DNA from: Candidatus Fervidifonticultor quintus
GTDB taxonomy: Bacteria > Sysuimicrobiota > Sysuimicrobiia > Sysuimicrobiales > Humicultoraceae
Reading direction: 5' to 3'
Length of the DNA: 41,816 bases
Assembly (NCBI GenBank): GCA_031459535.1
Contig: JAVKIJ010000019.1
Span: 1-41,816, forward strand
The notes under the pieces are model-generated. The model saw only the letters and a list, made by a program, of their open reading frames with translations, did not search any database and was not told where the DNA came from. The translations under genes were made by a program, and so were the position numbers. Below are positions 34,453 through 41,816 of this stretch, one piece after another (position 1 is the first letter of the stretch; every line of letters begins with the position of its first letter).

Positions 34453-35081
34453 CGCCTTCCCCCGACAGACTCGCCGCCGGGCGACCGGGGGGCCTGGAAT
34501 CCCGCCAGCAGCCTCATCCCGGAGGCCAGCTTGGTCCGGGCGCCGTGCGCATTGCCCTTTTCATAGTGGTAGAGACCGGCGGCGATGTGGATGATGCCTC
34601 GATAGAAGTCCCGTTCCTCGGCCGGCGCCCGGCGCCAGAGGTCCTCGAAGTACTCGTGGCATTCGAAGAACAGGCCGGCGTCGAGCAGCACGAGCCCCCG
34701 GCGGATCGCACCGGCCCGACCGCGCTCAGGCGGTCGGGCCGCCAGCTGACGCAGGGCGGCTTGTAGGCGGTGCGTCTGGCGGTCCATGTAGGCGAAGTGC
34801 GGCTGGAATCCGTCGGGCAGGCGGACGGTGCCGTCACGCAGCTCCAGTAAGCCCTCCCTGACAATCCAGGGAAGGGCAGCCCGGCTGCGCGCCCCCAGGT
34901 GGCGGGCGCGACTGGCGACCCCAGCGAGCGGCCGGTCCGCTGCCGGCCCGCCGGCCCGCGCGCCTGCCAGATCGCAGAACGCCGCCAGCCACATGGCGGC
35001 ATCGCGGTGCACGCCGCGCCTGGGCCGCCTGATCGCCTCGAGCGCCAGCGCGCTGAGGGCGTGCTTGAGGCGCACGTACAT
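34449..35081 (-). CDS. DUF309 domain-containing protein with N-terminal extension
   Basis: GLFFECHEYFEDLW...FYRGII.IA.GLYH...GN. Confidence 0.85.
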   Translation of the reverse strand: MYVRLKHALSALALEAIRRPRRGVHRDAAMWLAAFCDLAGARAGGPAADRPLAGVASRARHLGARSRAALPWIVREGLLELRDGTVRLPDGFQPHFAYMDRQTHRLQAALRQLAARPPERGRAGAIRRGLVLLDAGLFFECHEYFEDLWRRAPAEERDFYRGIIHIAAGLYHYEKGNAHGARTKLASGMRLLAGFQAPRSPGGESVGGRR

Positions 35082-35082
35082 C

Positions 35083-35110
35083 GGTTAGGTGACCTTGGTT
35101 AGGTGACCTT
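35083..35110. repeat. Exact 14-bp tandem duplication
   Basis: GGTTAGGTGACCTT twice. Confidence 0.9.
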
Positions 35111-35443
35111 GCTCTTCTGCTCGACGAAGTTGATTCGCAAATTTGCCACCAGGGTCTCGATCTCGCGGCGCTCGGCATCCGCGACCCGGGGTCGGACCAC
35201 CTCGGCGAGCGCCGCAGCCGCATCAATGGCCAGTTGGGCGTCGTCGAGGTTGCGCTCGATCTGCTTGGTTCGAGGATTGGGCACCAGACCCATGGCCTCC
35301 CAGGCCCTGGCCGCCAGCAGGCTGAGGCAGGTGGTGATCAGCGCCCCGGCGTTGACCGGGACCTCCGGTTCGGTGCCCGCCTCGGCCTCCGAGGGAGACT
35401 GCGGCGGTCGAGGAGCGTTAGTCTCGGCATCCACGGGCTTCAC
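35099..35443 (-). CDS. DUF1844 domain-containing protein
   Basis: AWEAMGLVPNP...L..AQLAID...LRINFV. Confidence 0.85.
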   Translation of the reverse strand: MKPVDAETNAPRPPQSPSEAEAGTEPEVPVNAGALITTCLSLLAARAWEAMGLVPNPRTKQIERNLDDAQLAIDAAAALAEVVRPRVADAERREIETLVANLRINFVEQKSKVT

Positions 35444-35527
35444 CTCGTGTGGACGGAGTCATCATCTCGCGTCCAGCATTCTAGTATTGTCGGGAGGTCG
35501 CTGTCATCACGTCTGCGCGCCCGGGCG

Positions 35528-37555
35528 CTACGTCGGGAGCTGCTGCGGCCGCTGCCGGGTAACCCACTGCAGCGCCGCCACCGCCAGGACGGCGACGAGG
35601 GCGACCGCGTCCTGCAAGCCCGCCGGATAGATGAGCGCCACGCCCGCTGCAGCCAGCACCACACGCTCCGGGATGGTCGCAGCCCGTAGCAGCCACCCGG
35701 TCAGGGCCGCCGCTAGGGCGACGAGACCCGTCATGGCGGTGATCGTCACCGCGACGGCGGTCTGCCAGTCGGCCTGCAGCAGCAGGCCGAGCCCGTTCCT
35801 GTGAATGGTGAACATGAACGGGACGACGAACGCCGGCAGCGTGTATTTCCAGGCCATCATCATGGTGCGGAACGGCCGGCCGCCGGTCAGGGCCGCCGCT
35901 GCCAGCGGGGACAGACCCACCGGCGGCGACACCTCCGACAGGATGGAGTAGTAGAAGATGAACATGTGCGCGGCCAGCTCCGAGACGCCCAGCTTGGTGA
36001 GCGCGGGCGCCACGATGACGGCCGCGACGATGTACGTGGCGGTAATCGGCAGCGCCAGCCCCAGGATCCACAGGGCCACGGCCGCGAAGACCAGCGTGGG
36101 GAGCAGCTGGTTGCCGGCGTAGGTGATGATCACGTCGGAAATCTTCAACCCCAGCCCCGTGAGGTTGACCACCCCCACCACGATGCCGGCCGCCGCGGTG
36201 GTGACGGCGACGTTGAGGACCTGCCGGCTGCCGTTGTCCAGCGCGGCCACGAGACCCCGGGGGTTGACCAGGTAGCCTCCCAGCCGCACGCCGTCCTGGG
36301 TCAGCACACCCCTATCACTGGGTCCGGCGCGCCGGGCGGCGATCAGCGTCGTCTCTGGTCTCAGCACGCTGGTCGCCGCGGCGACAATCGTCGCCCAGAA
36401 CACCGCCTTGATGGCGGTGAAGCCTATGATCATGAAGATGGGGATCAGGACCAGCGACGACAGCAGGTACCAGTACCGGAGGGCCAGCTTCCAGGCACTG
36501 CCTGCCGCAATCTCCACGACCCGCAGCGCCATCCGCCGCGCGTCGAACTCGATCATGAGCATGATGGAGAAGTAGTAGAGCACCGTGGGGATGATGGTCA
36601 TGACCAGGACCTTCAGATAGGAGATCTTGAGCATCTCGGCGATGATGAACGCGGCAGCACCCAGTATCGGTGGGGAGATCACCGCGCCGATCCCACCGGC
36701 TGAGAGCAGCCCGCCGGCCGCCTCGCGATCGTAGCCTGCCCGCTTCAGCAACGGGTAGGTAATGGCGCCCACCGAGACCGTGGTGGCGACGCCGCTGCCC
36801 GAGGGCCCGCCTAGCAGGAACGACGCGATGGTGACCGCCTGGCCCGGCCCGGTGCGGCGACCGCGCGTCAGGGCCAGGGCCAGGTCCACGAAGAACCGGC
36901 CGGCACCCGAGGCGTCCAGCACGGCGCCGTAGATGGTGAACAGAATGATGAAGGTCGCCGAGACCTGGAGCGGCACGCCGAAGATGCCTTCCAGCGTAAT
37001 GAAGAGCTGGCCGACCACACGGACCAGGTCGTAGCCCCGGTGTGTCCACGGCTCTGGGAGATGCGGCCCGACGAAGGCGTAGACGAGGAAGGCGATGACC
37101 AGCAGCAGCAGGGCGTTTCCCACCGTGCGGCGCGTCGCCTCCAGCACCAGCAGGATGGTGACGATGCCCAGCGCCATGTCCAGCGTCGTGGGCGTGTACG
37201 ACCGGTAGATGAACGCTTCGAAGTCCACCAGGATGTATCCCATGGCCACGACGGCTGCGGCGGCCAGCGCCACGTCCCACGGGGTTGGTGTTCGACGCTG
37301 CAACGTCCGCCGCGTGGCGGGATAGAGCAGGAACGCCAGGACCAGGACGAACATCAGGTGCCGTGCCAGGTGAATCTGCAGCACGAAGGTGGCCGTGGCC
37401 GCATAGAGGTGGTAGAGGGACATGGCCACGGCCAGGGCTGTCGCCAGCACTCCCCAGACGCCGGCGAGCCGGCGGGTCTTGCCCTCGTACTCCTCGACGA
37501 TCTCCTTGAGTTCTTCCTCGGTTTTCGCCGGCGCGACCTCATCGGGCGCTTGCAT
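35528..37555 (-). CDS. TRAP transporter fused permease subunit (TAXI-associated 4TM/12TM fusion)
   Basis: EATRR..G, EGIFG, SGSGVATT, PPILGAAAF, GLALPITATY, SPPV. Confidence 0.93.
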   Translation of the reverse strand: MQAPDEVAPAKTEEELKEIVEEYEGKTRRLAGVWGVLATALAVAMSLYHLYAATATFVLQIHLARHLMFVLVLAFLLYPATRRTLQRRTPTPWDVALAAAAVVAMGYILVDFEAFIYRSYTPTTLDMALGIVTILLVLEATRRTVGNALLLLVIAFLVYAFVGPHLPEPWTHRGYDLVRVVGQLFITLEGIFGVPLQVSATFIILFTIYGAVLDASGAGRFFVDLALALTRGRRTGPGQAVTIASFLLGGPSGSGVATTVSVGAITYPLLKRAGYDREAAGGLLSAGGIGAVISPPILGAAAFIIAEMLKISYLKVLVMTIIPTVLYYFSIMLMIEFDARRMALRVVEIAAGSAWKLALRYWYLLSSLVLIPIFMIIGFTAIKAVFWATIVAAATSVLRPETTLIAARRAGPSDRGVLTQDGVRLGGYLVNPRGLVAALDNGSRQVLNVAVTTAAAGIVVGVVNLTGLGLKISDVIITYAGNQLLPTLVFAAVALWILGLALPITATYIVAAVIVAPALTKLGVSELAAHMFIFYYSILSEVSPPVGLSPLAAAALTGGRPFRTMMMAWKYTLPAFVVPFMFTIHRNGLGLLLQADWQTAVAVTITAMTGLVALAAALTGWLLRAATIPERVVLAAAGVALIYPAGLQDAVALVAVLAVAALQWVTRQRPQQLPT

Positions 37556-37566
37556 GGTTCTCTCCC

Positions 37567-38052
37567 TTATGGCGGACGTGAACGCCGCAGCCACCGGGCC
37601 GCCAGCGGGATCCGCCGGACCACGATCCGCACCGCCTCGCCGACACCGATCCGGTAGAGGAGCAGCTCCTCGCCATCAACGACCAGGCGCTGCTGGCCCG
37701 CCTGACCGATCCGGGTGGTAAATCCTTCGAGGGTGGGACCGGTGGTCCTGGCGGCCAGCAGCGCACCGCGCCGTTCGTACGGGGGATCCAGCCTTAGATA
37801 CTCGAAGACCGCTTCGCTGGTGGAGAGGACCTCGACGAGGTGCAGCCAGCCCCCGGCCACCACGAACCGCTCGACCGTCGGGGCGTTGAAGATGGAGTTG
37901 GTGTATGCCAGATCTACGGTGGATCCCTCATCCACGGGCACCCGCCACAGCAGCCGGCCCGACGGGTCGTGGCAGACGTCCAGGACCCCGATGGGGAACA
38001 AGAAAACAACGGCCGCGGCCGCCACAGCGGCGGTGCCCGCAGCCGCCAGGAT
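37567..38052 (-). CDS. DUF1850-like protein of TAXI-TRAP operons; start unresolved
   Basis: N-terminal hydrophobic anchor, YTNSIF.AP..E.F; typical position between the TAXI SBP and the fused permease. Confidence 0.75.
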   Translation of the reverse strand: MLAAAGTAAVAAAAVVFLFPIGVLDVCHDPSGRLLWRVPVDEGSTVDLAYTNSIFNAPTVERFVVAGGWLHLVEVLSTSEAVFEYLRLDPPYERRGALLAARTTGPTLEGFTTRIGQAGQQRLVVDGEELLLYRIGVGEAVRIVVRRIPLAARWLRRSRPP

Positions 38053-38062
38053 CCGACGCCGT

Positions 38063-39040
38063 CTAGAACCCTTCGACGCCGCGCTCCTTGAAATAGCGAA
38101 CCGCGCCCGGGTGGAAGGGCAGCGGCGAGCGGCCTGCCACGCCGATGAGGGTGATGTTGGTGGCCTCCTTGTGCACCTGCGCCAGGTCGGCACGCCGCTC
38201 ATAGACCAGCTTCGTGATCTGGTAAGCCAGTTCGGCGTTGAAGTCCTTGTGGGAGATCAACAGGTTGGCCACGCCGATGGTCGGCGCATCGGCCGGCATG
38301 CCCGGGTAGAACTCCTTCTGGATCACCGACCGGAAGTAGAGGTTGCCCCACTTCTTCTGCATGGCTGGCAGCAACGCGTCCAGGGGCACCAGGCGGATGC
38401 GCATGCCCGGGGAGGCCGCCAGGTCCAGGACGGCGGCGGTGGGCAGCCCGCCGCTCCAGAAGAAGGCGTCCAGCTTGCGGTCTTTGATGGCGTCCGCCGA
38501 GGCCGCGGGCGAGAGGCGTTCCCTGCGGATGTCCCGGTCGGGGTGCAGGCCCGCCGCTTCCAGGATGCGCAGCGCCGTCACCTCGGTGCCGCTGCCAGGC
38601 GGGCCCACAGAGACCCGCTTGCCGCGGATATCGGAGATGGTGGTGATGCCGGTGCCGTCTACGGTCACTAGGTGGTTGAAGTTGTTGTACAGGGGCGTCA
38701 GCGTCACGATCGGCACCGGATTCCCGCGGAAGGCTTCCTCGCCTCGCAGAGCGTCCACGGCCGTGTCAGCCAGGACGAACGCCAGGTCGGCCCGCTTGGC
38801 CGCGAGCAACCGGATGTTGTCCACCGATGCGGGCGTCACCTCGGCGGTGGCGACCACGCCCGGAATATTCTTAGAGATCAGCGAGGCCAGGCCCCCGCCC
38901 AGGGGAAAGTACACCCCGCCGGTCGTCCCGGTGGCAATTGACAGGCGCACCGTAGGTCCGGCGGCGGCCGGGACCAGGACCCACGCCGTCAACGCCAGGG
39001 CCAGGACGGTTGTCATCATCCGCAATGTGCGTGCGCTCAC
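38063..39040 (-). CDS. TAXI-family TRAP transporter solute-binding subunit
   Basis: IATGTTGGVYFPLG, SVDNI, GKRVSVGPPGSGT, PFHPGAVRYFKE. Confidence 0.95.
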   Translation of the reverse strand: MSARTLRMMTTVLALALTAWVLVPAAAGPTVRLSIATGTTGGVYFPLGGGLASLISKNIPGVVATAEVTPASVDNIRLLAAKRADLAFVLADTAVDALRGEEAFRGNPVPIVTLTPLYNNFNHLVTVDGTGITTISDIRGKRVSVGPPGSGTEVTALRILEAAGLHPDRDIRRERLSPAASADAIKDRKLDAFFWSGGLPTAAVLDLAASPGMRIRLVPLDALLPAMQKKWGNLYFRSVIQKEFYPGMPADAPTIGVANLLISHKDFNAELAYQITKLVYERRADLAQVHKEATNITLIGVAGRSPLPFHPGAVRYFKERGVEGF

Positions 39041-39164
39041 CGGAATCCCTCCTCACGCGTCTGCGGGCAGCCGGTCCTCCCGCCAACCGCAGAATGCCTC
39101 GGCGTGCGCAATTTCGGCGGCGCGCATCAGTAGCCCTGCCGGGGGCCGGTACGCTGCGGGCGCG

Positions 39165-40055
39165 TCAGCGCAGGCGCGGATCCAGTACCTCGCGCAGCCC
39201 GTCGCCGACCAGATTCAGGGCCAGCACGGTGACGAAGATGGCCAACCCGGGCCACAGGGCCAGGTGGGGCGCCCGCGATAGGTAGGCCTGCGCCAGGTTC
39301 AGCATCGAGCCCCACGACGGCGTTGGGGGCTGCGTCCCGAGGCCGAGGAAGCTCAGCGCGGCCTCGGCGGTGATCGCCGCGGCCATGGCCAGCGATGCCT
39401 GGACCAGCACTGGCGAGAGGCTGTTGGGCAGGATGTGACGCCAGACGATGCGGGCATCGGAGGCGCCCTGCGCCCGGGCCGCCTCGACGTAGGTGCGCTC
39501 GCGTTCGCTGAGCACCTGCGCCCGGCTCAGGCGCACGAAGCCCGGCGTGAACACGATGCCGATGGCGATCATGGCCTTCGTCAGCCCGGCGCCCAGCACC
39601 GCTGCAATGGCCAGCGCCAGCACCAGGAGGGGAAACGACTGCAACGCGTCAGTGAGGCGCATCAGGAACGTGTCGAACCGGCCGCGGTAGTAGCCGGAGG
39701 CCAACCCCAGCGGGAGCCCGACACTGACGGCGAGCCCCACGGAGACCACGCCGGCCAGCAGCGAGGTCCGCGCGCCATAGATCACCCGGCTGAGCTCGTC
39801 GCGGCCCAGGTCGTCGGTCCCCAGCGGGTGGGCCCGCGACGGCCCCTGGAGCAGATTGCCGAAGTCGGGCTTCGCCGGATCAGCGGGCGCGACCCATGGA
39901 GCCAGCGTCGCTGCCACCGTGACCACCAACACGACCCACAGGCCGAGCAGGGCCATGCGGTTGCGCGCATAGCGATGCAGCAAGTATCGAAACCCCGCGG
40001 TCCGCATCAGCGGGGACGGCCGCGGCACCGCCAGCGCGCTCTCGCGAATGGCCAC
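39165..40055 (-). CDS. Peptide ABC transporter permease (DppC type)
   Basis: HPLGTDDLGRD, EAARAQGA, PSWG, GDGLREVLDPR. Confidence 0.94.
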   Translation of the reverse strand: MAIRESALAVPRPSPLMRTAGFRYLLHRYARNRMALLGLWVVLVVTVAATLAPWVAPADPAKPDFGNLLQGPSRAHPLGTDDLGRDELSRVIYGARTSLLAGVVSVGLAVSVGLPLGLASGYYRGRFDTFLMRLTDALQSFPLLVLALAIAAVLGAGLTKAMIAIGIVFTPGFVRLSRAQVLSERERTYVEAARAQGASDARIVWRHILPNSLSPVLVQASLAMAAAITAEAALSFLGLGTQPPTPSWGSMLNLAQAYLSRAPHLALWPGLAIFVTVLALNLVGDGLREVLDPRLR

Positions 40056-40056
40056 C

Positions 40057-41013
40057 TCAGCTCTTCCCCTCTACCAGGCGGATCCGCGGGTCCAGCACCG
40101 AGTAGAGGACGTCCACGCCGAAGTTGACGAAGACGATGGACACGGCACTAAAGAGCACCACGCCCTGGACCATGGGGTAGTCGCGGGTCAGAATCGACTG
40201 GACCGCCAGTTGCCCCAGCCCCGGAACCGCGAAGATCGTCTCGGTGATCACCGCGCCGCCCAGCAGACCGGCAAGCTGGATACCCATGACCGTGGCCACC
40301 GGGATCATGGCGTTCTTCAGCGCGTGACGAAGGACGACCACGCGTTCGGCGAGCCCTTTGGCGTGCGCGGTACGCACGTACTCGGTCCCCAGCACCTCCA
40401 GCATGCTGGACCGCAGCAACCGCATGACCAGCGCGGCCAGCGCCGTCCCCAGGACGGTGGCAGGCATGACCATGAGTTTGAGGTTGCGGCCAGCATCGAC
40501 CCATGGCTCCACGTAGCCTGAGGGTGGCAGCCAGCGTAGGTTGACTGCGAACAGGTAGATGAGCATGATGCCCAGCCAGAAGTTGGGGATGGAGATGCCG
40601 GCCAGCGCCACCGTAGTAGCGGTGTAGTCGAGGACCGACTGACGTCTCCACGCGGCCAGGATGCCGGCGGGGATGGCAATGGACCATGAGACCAGCAGGG
40701 AGATCAGGGCCAGCTCCACGGTGACCGGCAGCTTGAGGAGCAGCACGTCGAGCACCGGCCGGCCGTCGCGCACCGATCGGCCCAGATCGCCGCGCAGCAG
40801 GCGGCCCAGCCAGATCAGGTAGCGGATGAGCACGGGCTTGTCCAACCCCATCTGCCGGCGCATGGCCTCTACGGCCTCCCGCCCCGCCTCTCCCCCGGCC
40901 ATGAGCAGCGCCGGGTCGCCTGGGATCAGGTTGATGAGCACAAACACGATGACGCTTACCAGGAAGAGCACGGGGATCGTGAGCAGGAGGCGCTGGGTGA
41001 GATAGCGGGTCAT
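40057..41013 (-). CDS. Peptide ABC transporter permease (DppB type)
   Basis: PGDPA, GDLGRS, AHAKGL, HALKNA, LDPRI. Confidence 0.94.
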   Translation of the reverse strand: MTRYLTQRLLLTIPVLFLVSVIVFVLINLIPGDPALLMAGGEAGREAVEAMRRQMGLDKPVLIRYLIWLGRLLRGDLGRSVRDGRPVLDVLLLKLPVTVELALISLLVSWSIAIPAGILAAWRRQSVLDYTATTVALAGISIPNFWLGIMLIYLFAVNLRWLPPSGYVEPWVDAGRNLKLMVMPATVLGTALAALVMRLLRSSMLEVLGTEYVRTAHAKGLAERVVVLRHALKNAMIPVATVMGIQLAGLLGGAVITETIFAVPGLGQLAVQSILTRDYPMVQGVVLFSAVSIVFVNFGVDVLYSVLDPRIRLVEGKS

Positions 41014-41040
41014 GCGCGGCCGCTCGGTTCGGGGACGGCA

Positions 41041-41066
41041 GGGAGGGGTGGTCAGCCACCCCTCCC
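41041..41066. other. Perfect 11-bp stem-loop between the SBP and permease genes (mRNA stability/attenuation hairpin)
   Basis: GGGAGGGGTGG-TCAG-CCACCCCTCCC, no U-tract. Confidence 0.7.
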
Positions 41067-41074
41067 GGGACTCC

Positions 41075-41816
41075 CTACGGGTTCAGCCAGACGCTACGCA
41101 AGCGCATCATGCCATCGGGGACGAGCACGAATCCTTGGAGCTTCGGGCTCATGGTCTTGTACTGCTTGGGCCACCAGAGGAAGAAGTAGGGAAGGTCTTC
41201 GTTGAGGATGGTGAGCACCTCGGCGTAGGCCCGACGGCGGTGATCGGGCGTGGTGAGGATGCGCGCGGCGTCCAGCAGCGAGTCGACCCGCGGGTTGCTA
41301 TACGCGCTGTTGTTCAGGCCCCCGCCGGTCACGAAGAACGCGTAGATGTTGCCATCGGGATCGGGCCGGCCGCTCCAGCCGAGCAGCGCCGCCTGGAACC
41401 GGTGTGTCGGCGGCGTGATCTGCGACAGCAGCGTGCCGAACTCGACGATCTCCAGGTTGACCTGGATGCCAGCCTCAGCCGCCATGGACTGGATGATCTG
41501 GCCGACCTGCTGGGCGACCCGCAGGGGTGTCACCTTCAGGGTGAAGGCAAACCCGTTGGGCTGCCCGCCCTCGCGCAGCTTGGCCCGCGCCAGGTCCAGG
41601 TTGCGCTCTGGGATGCGGGCGTTGGGCCCCGCGTCCGAGGCCAGCATGCCGGGCGGGAATGGGCCGTTGGCCGGGAGCGCGGTGTCGCCGAAGACGACGC
41701 GTACCAGTGTCCGCCGGTCAATGGTCGCGTTGAGGGCCTGGCGCAGCGCGCGGTTGTTGAACGGTGGCCCCGCTACCATCAACCACATCCCCTGCCATTC
41801 CAGGCCATTGGTCTCC
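41075..41816 (-). CDS. Peptide ABC transporter substrate-binding protein, C-terminal part (truncated by window edge)
   Basis: PFNN..LRQALN..IDR, GWSGRPDPDG, YSNPRVD.LL. Confidence 0.9.
   Translation of the reverse strand, partial: ETNGLEWQGMWLMVAGPPFNNRALRQALNATIDRRTLVRVVFGDTALPANGPFPPGMLASDAGPNARIPERNLDLARAKLREGGQPNGFAFTLKVTPLRVAQQVGQIIQSMAAEAGIQVNLEIVEFGTLLSQITPPTHRFQAALLGWSGRPDPDGNIYAFFVTGGGLNNSAYSNPRVDSLLDAARILTTPDHRRRAYAEVLTILNEDLPYFFLWWPKQYKTMSPKLQGFVLVPDGMMRLRSVWLNP

Noticed and set aside
1-41816. CRISPR array, cas genes or rRNA
   Set aside because: No regularly spaced repeat-spacer series, Cas motifs or rRNA-like sequence seen.

Overview
GC-rich bacterial chromosomal window; taxonomy cannot be fixed from sequence alone. 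Left end: the edge of an integrative element, comprising an inverted fragment of an IS3-family transposase, a complete IS3-family element (178-1628, orfB carrying an amber stop) and a tyrosine integrase abutting the 3' end of tRNA-Arg(CCT). Then come a 3-hydroxyacid dehydrogenase, a CBS-GGDEF protein, an orphan OppD-type ATPase and an unannotated 43-aa secreted peptide gene next to an XRE-HTH/TPR regulator. These are followed by a NikR-controlled NikMN/Q/O ECF transporter, a SorC-regulated sugar ABC operon, a decayed vapBC pair, a fused MNT-HEPN gene and LysE. The right half holds a GntR/creatininase/peptide-ABC/M24/racemase/aminotransferase cluster, tRNA-Arg(GCG), MFS, VOC, tRNA-Ser(GCT), a frameshifted Uma2 gene, Ldh_2, M20 peptidase, DUF309, DUF1844, a TAXI-TRAP system and a second peptide ABC system. 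Two things stand out. (1) A candidate RRNPP-like peptide signalling pair (7241-8799) with paired operator-like repeats. (2) An integrase family whose reading frame runs through the target tRNA-Arg gene with no conserved start codon; it is seen twice, intact at tRNA-Arg(CCT) and as a remnant at tRNA-Arg(GCG), and resembles archaeal split ('suicidal') integrases. All family calls come from motif recognition by eye, not database searches.
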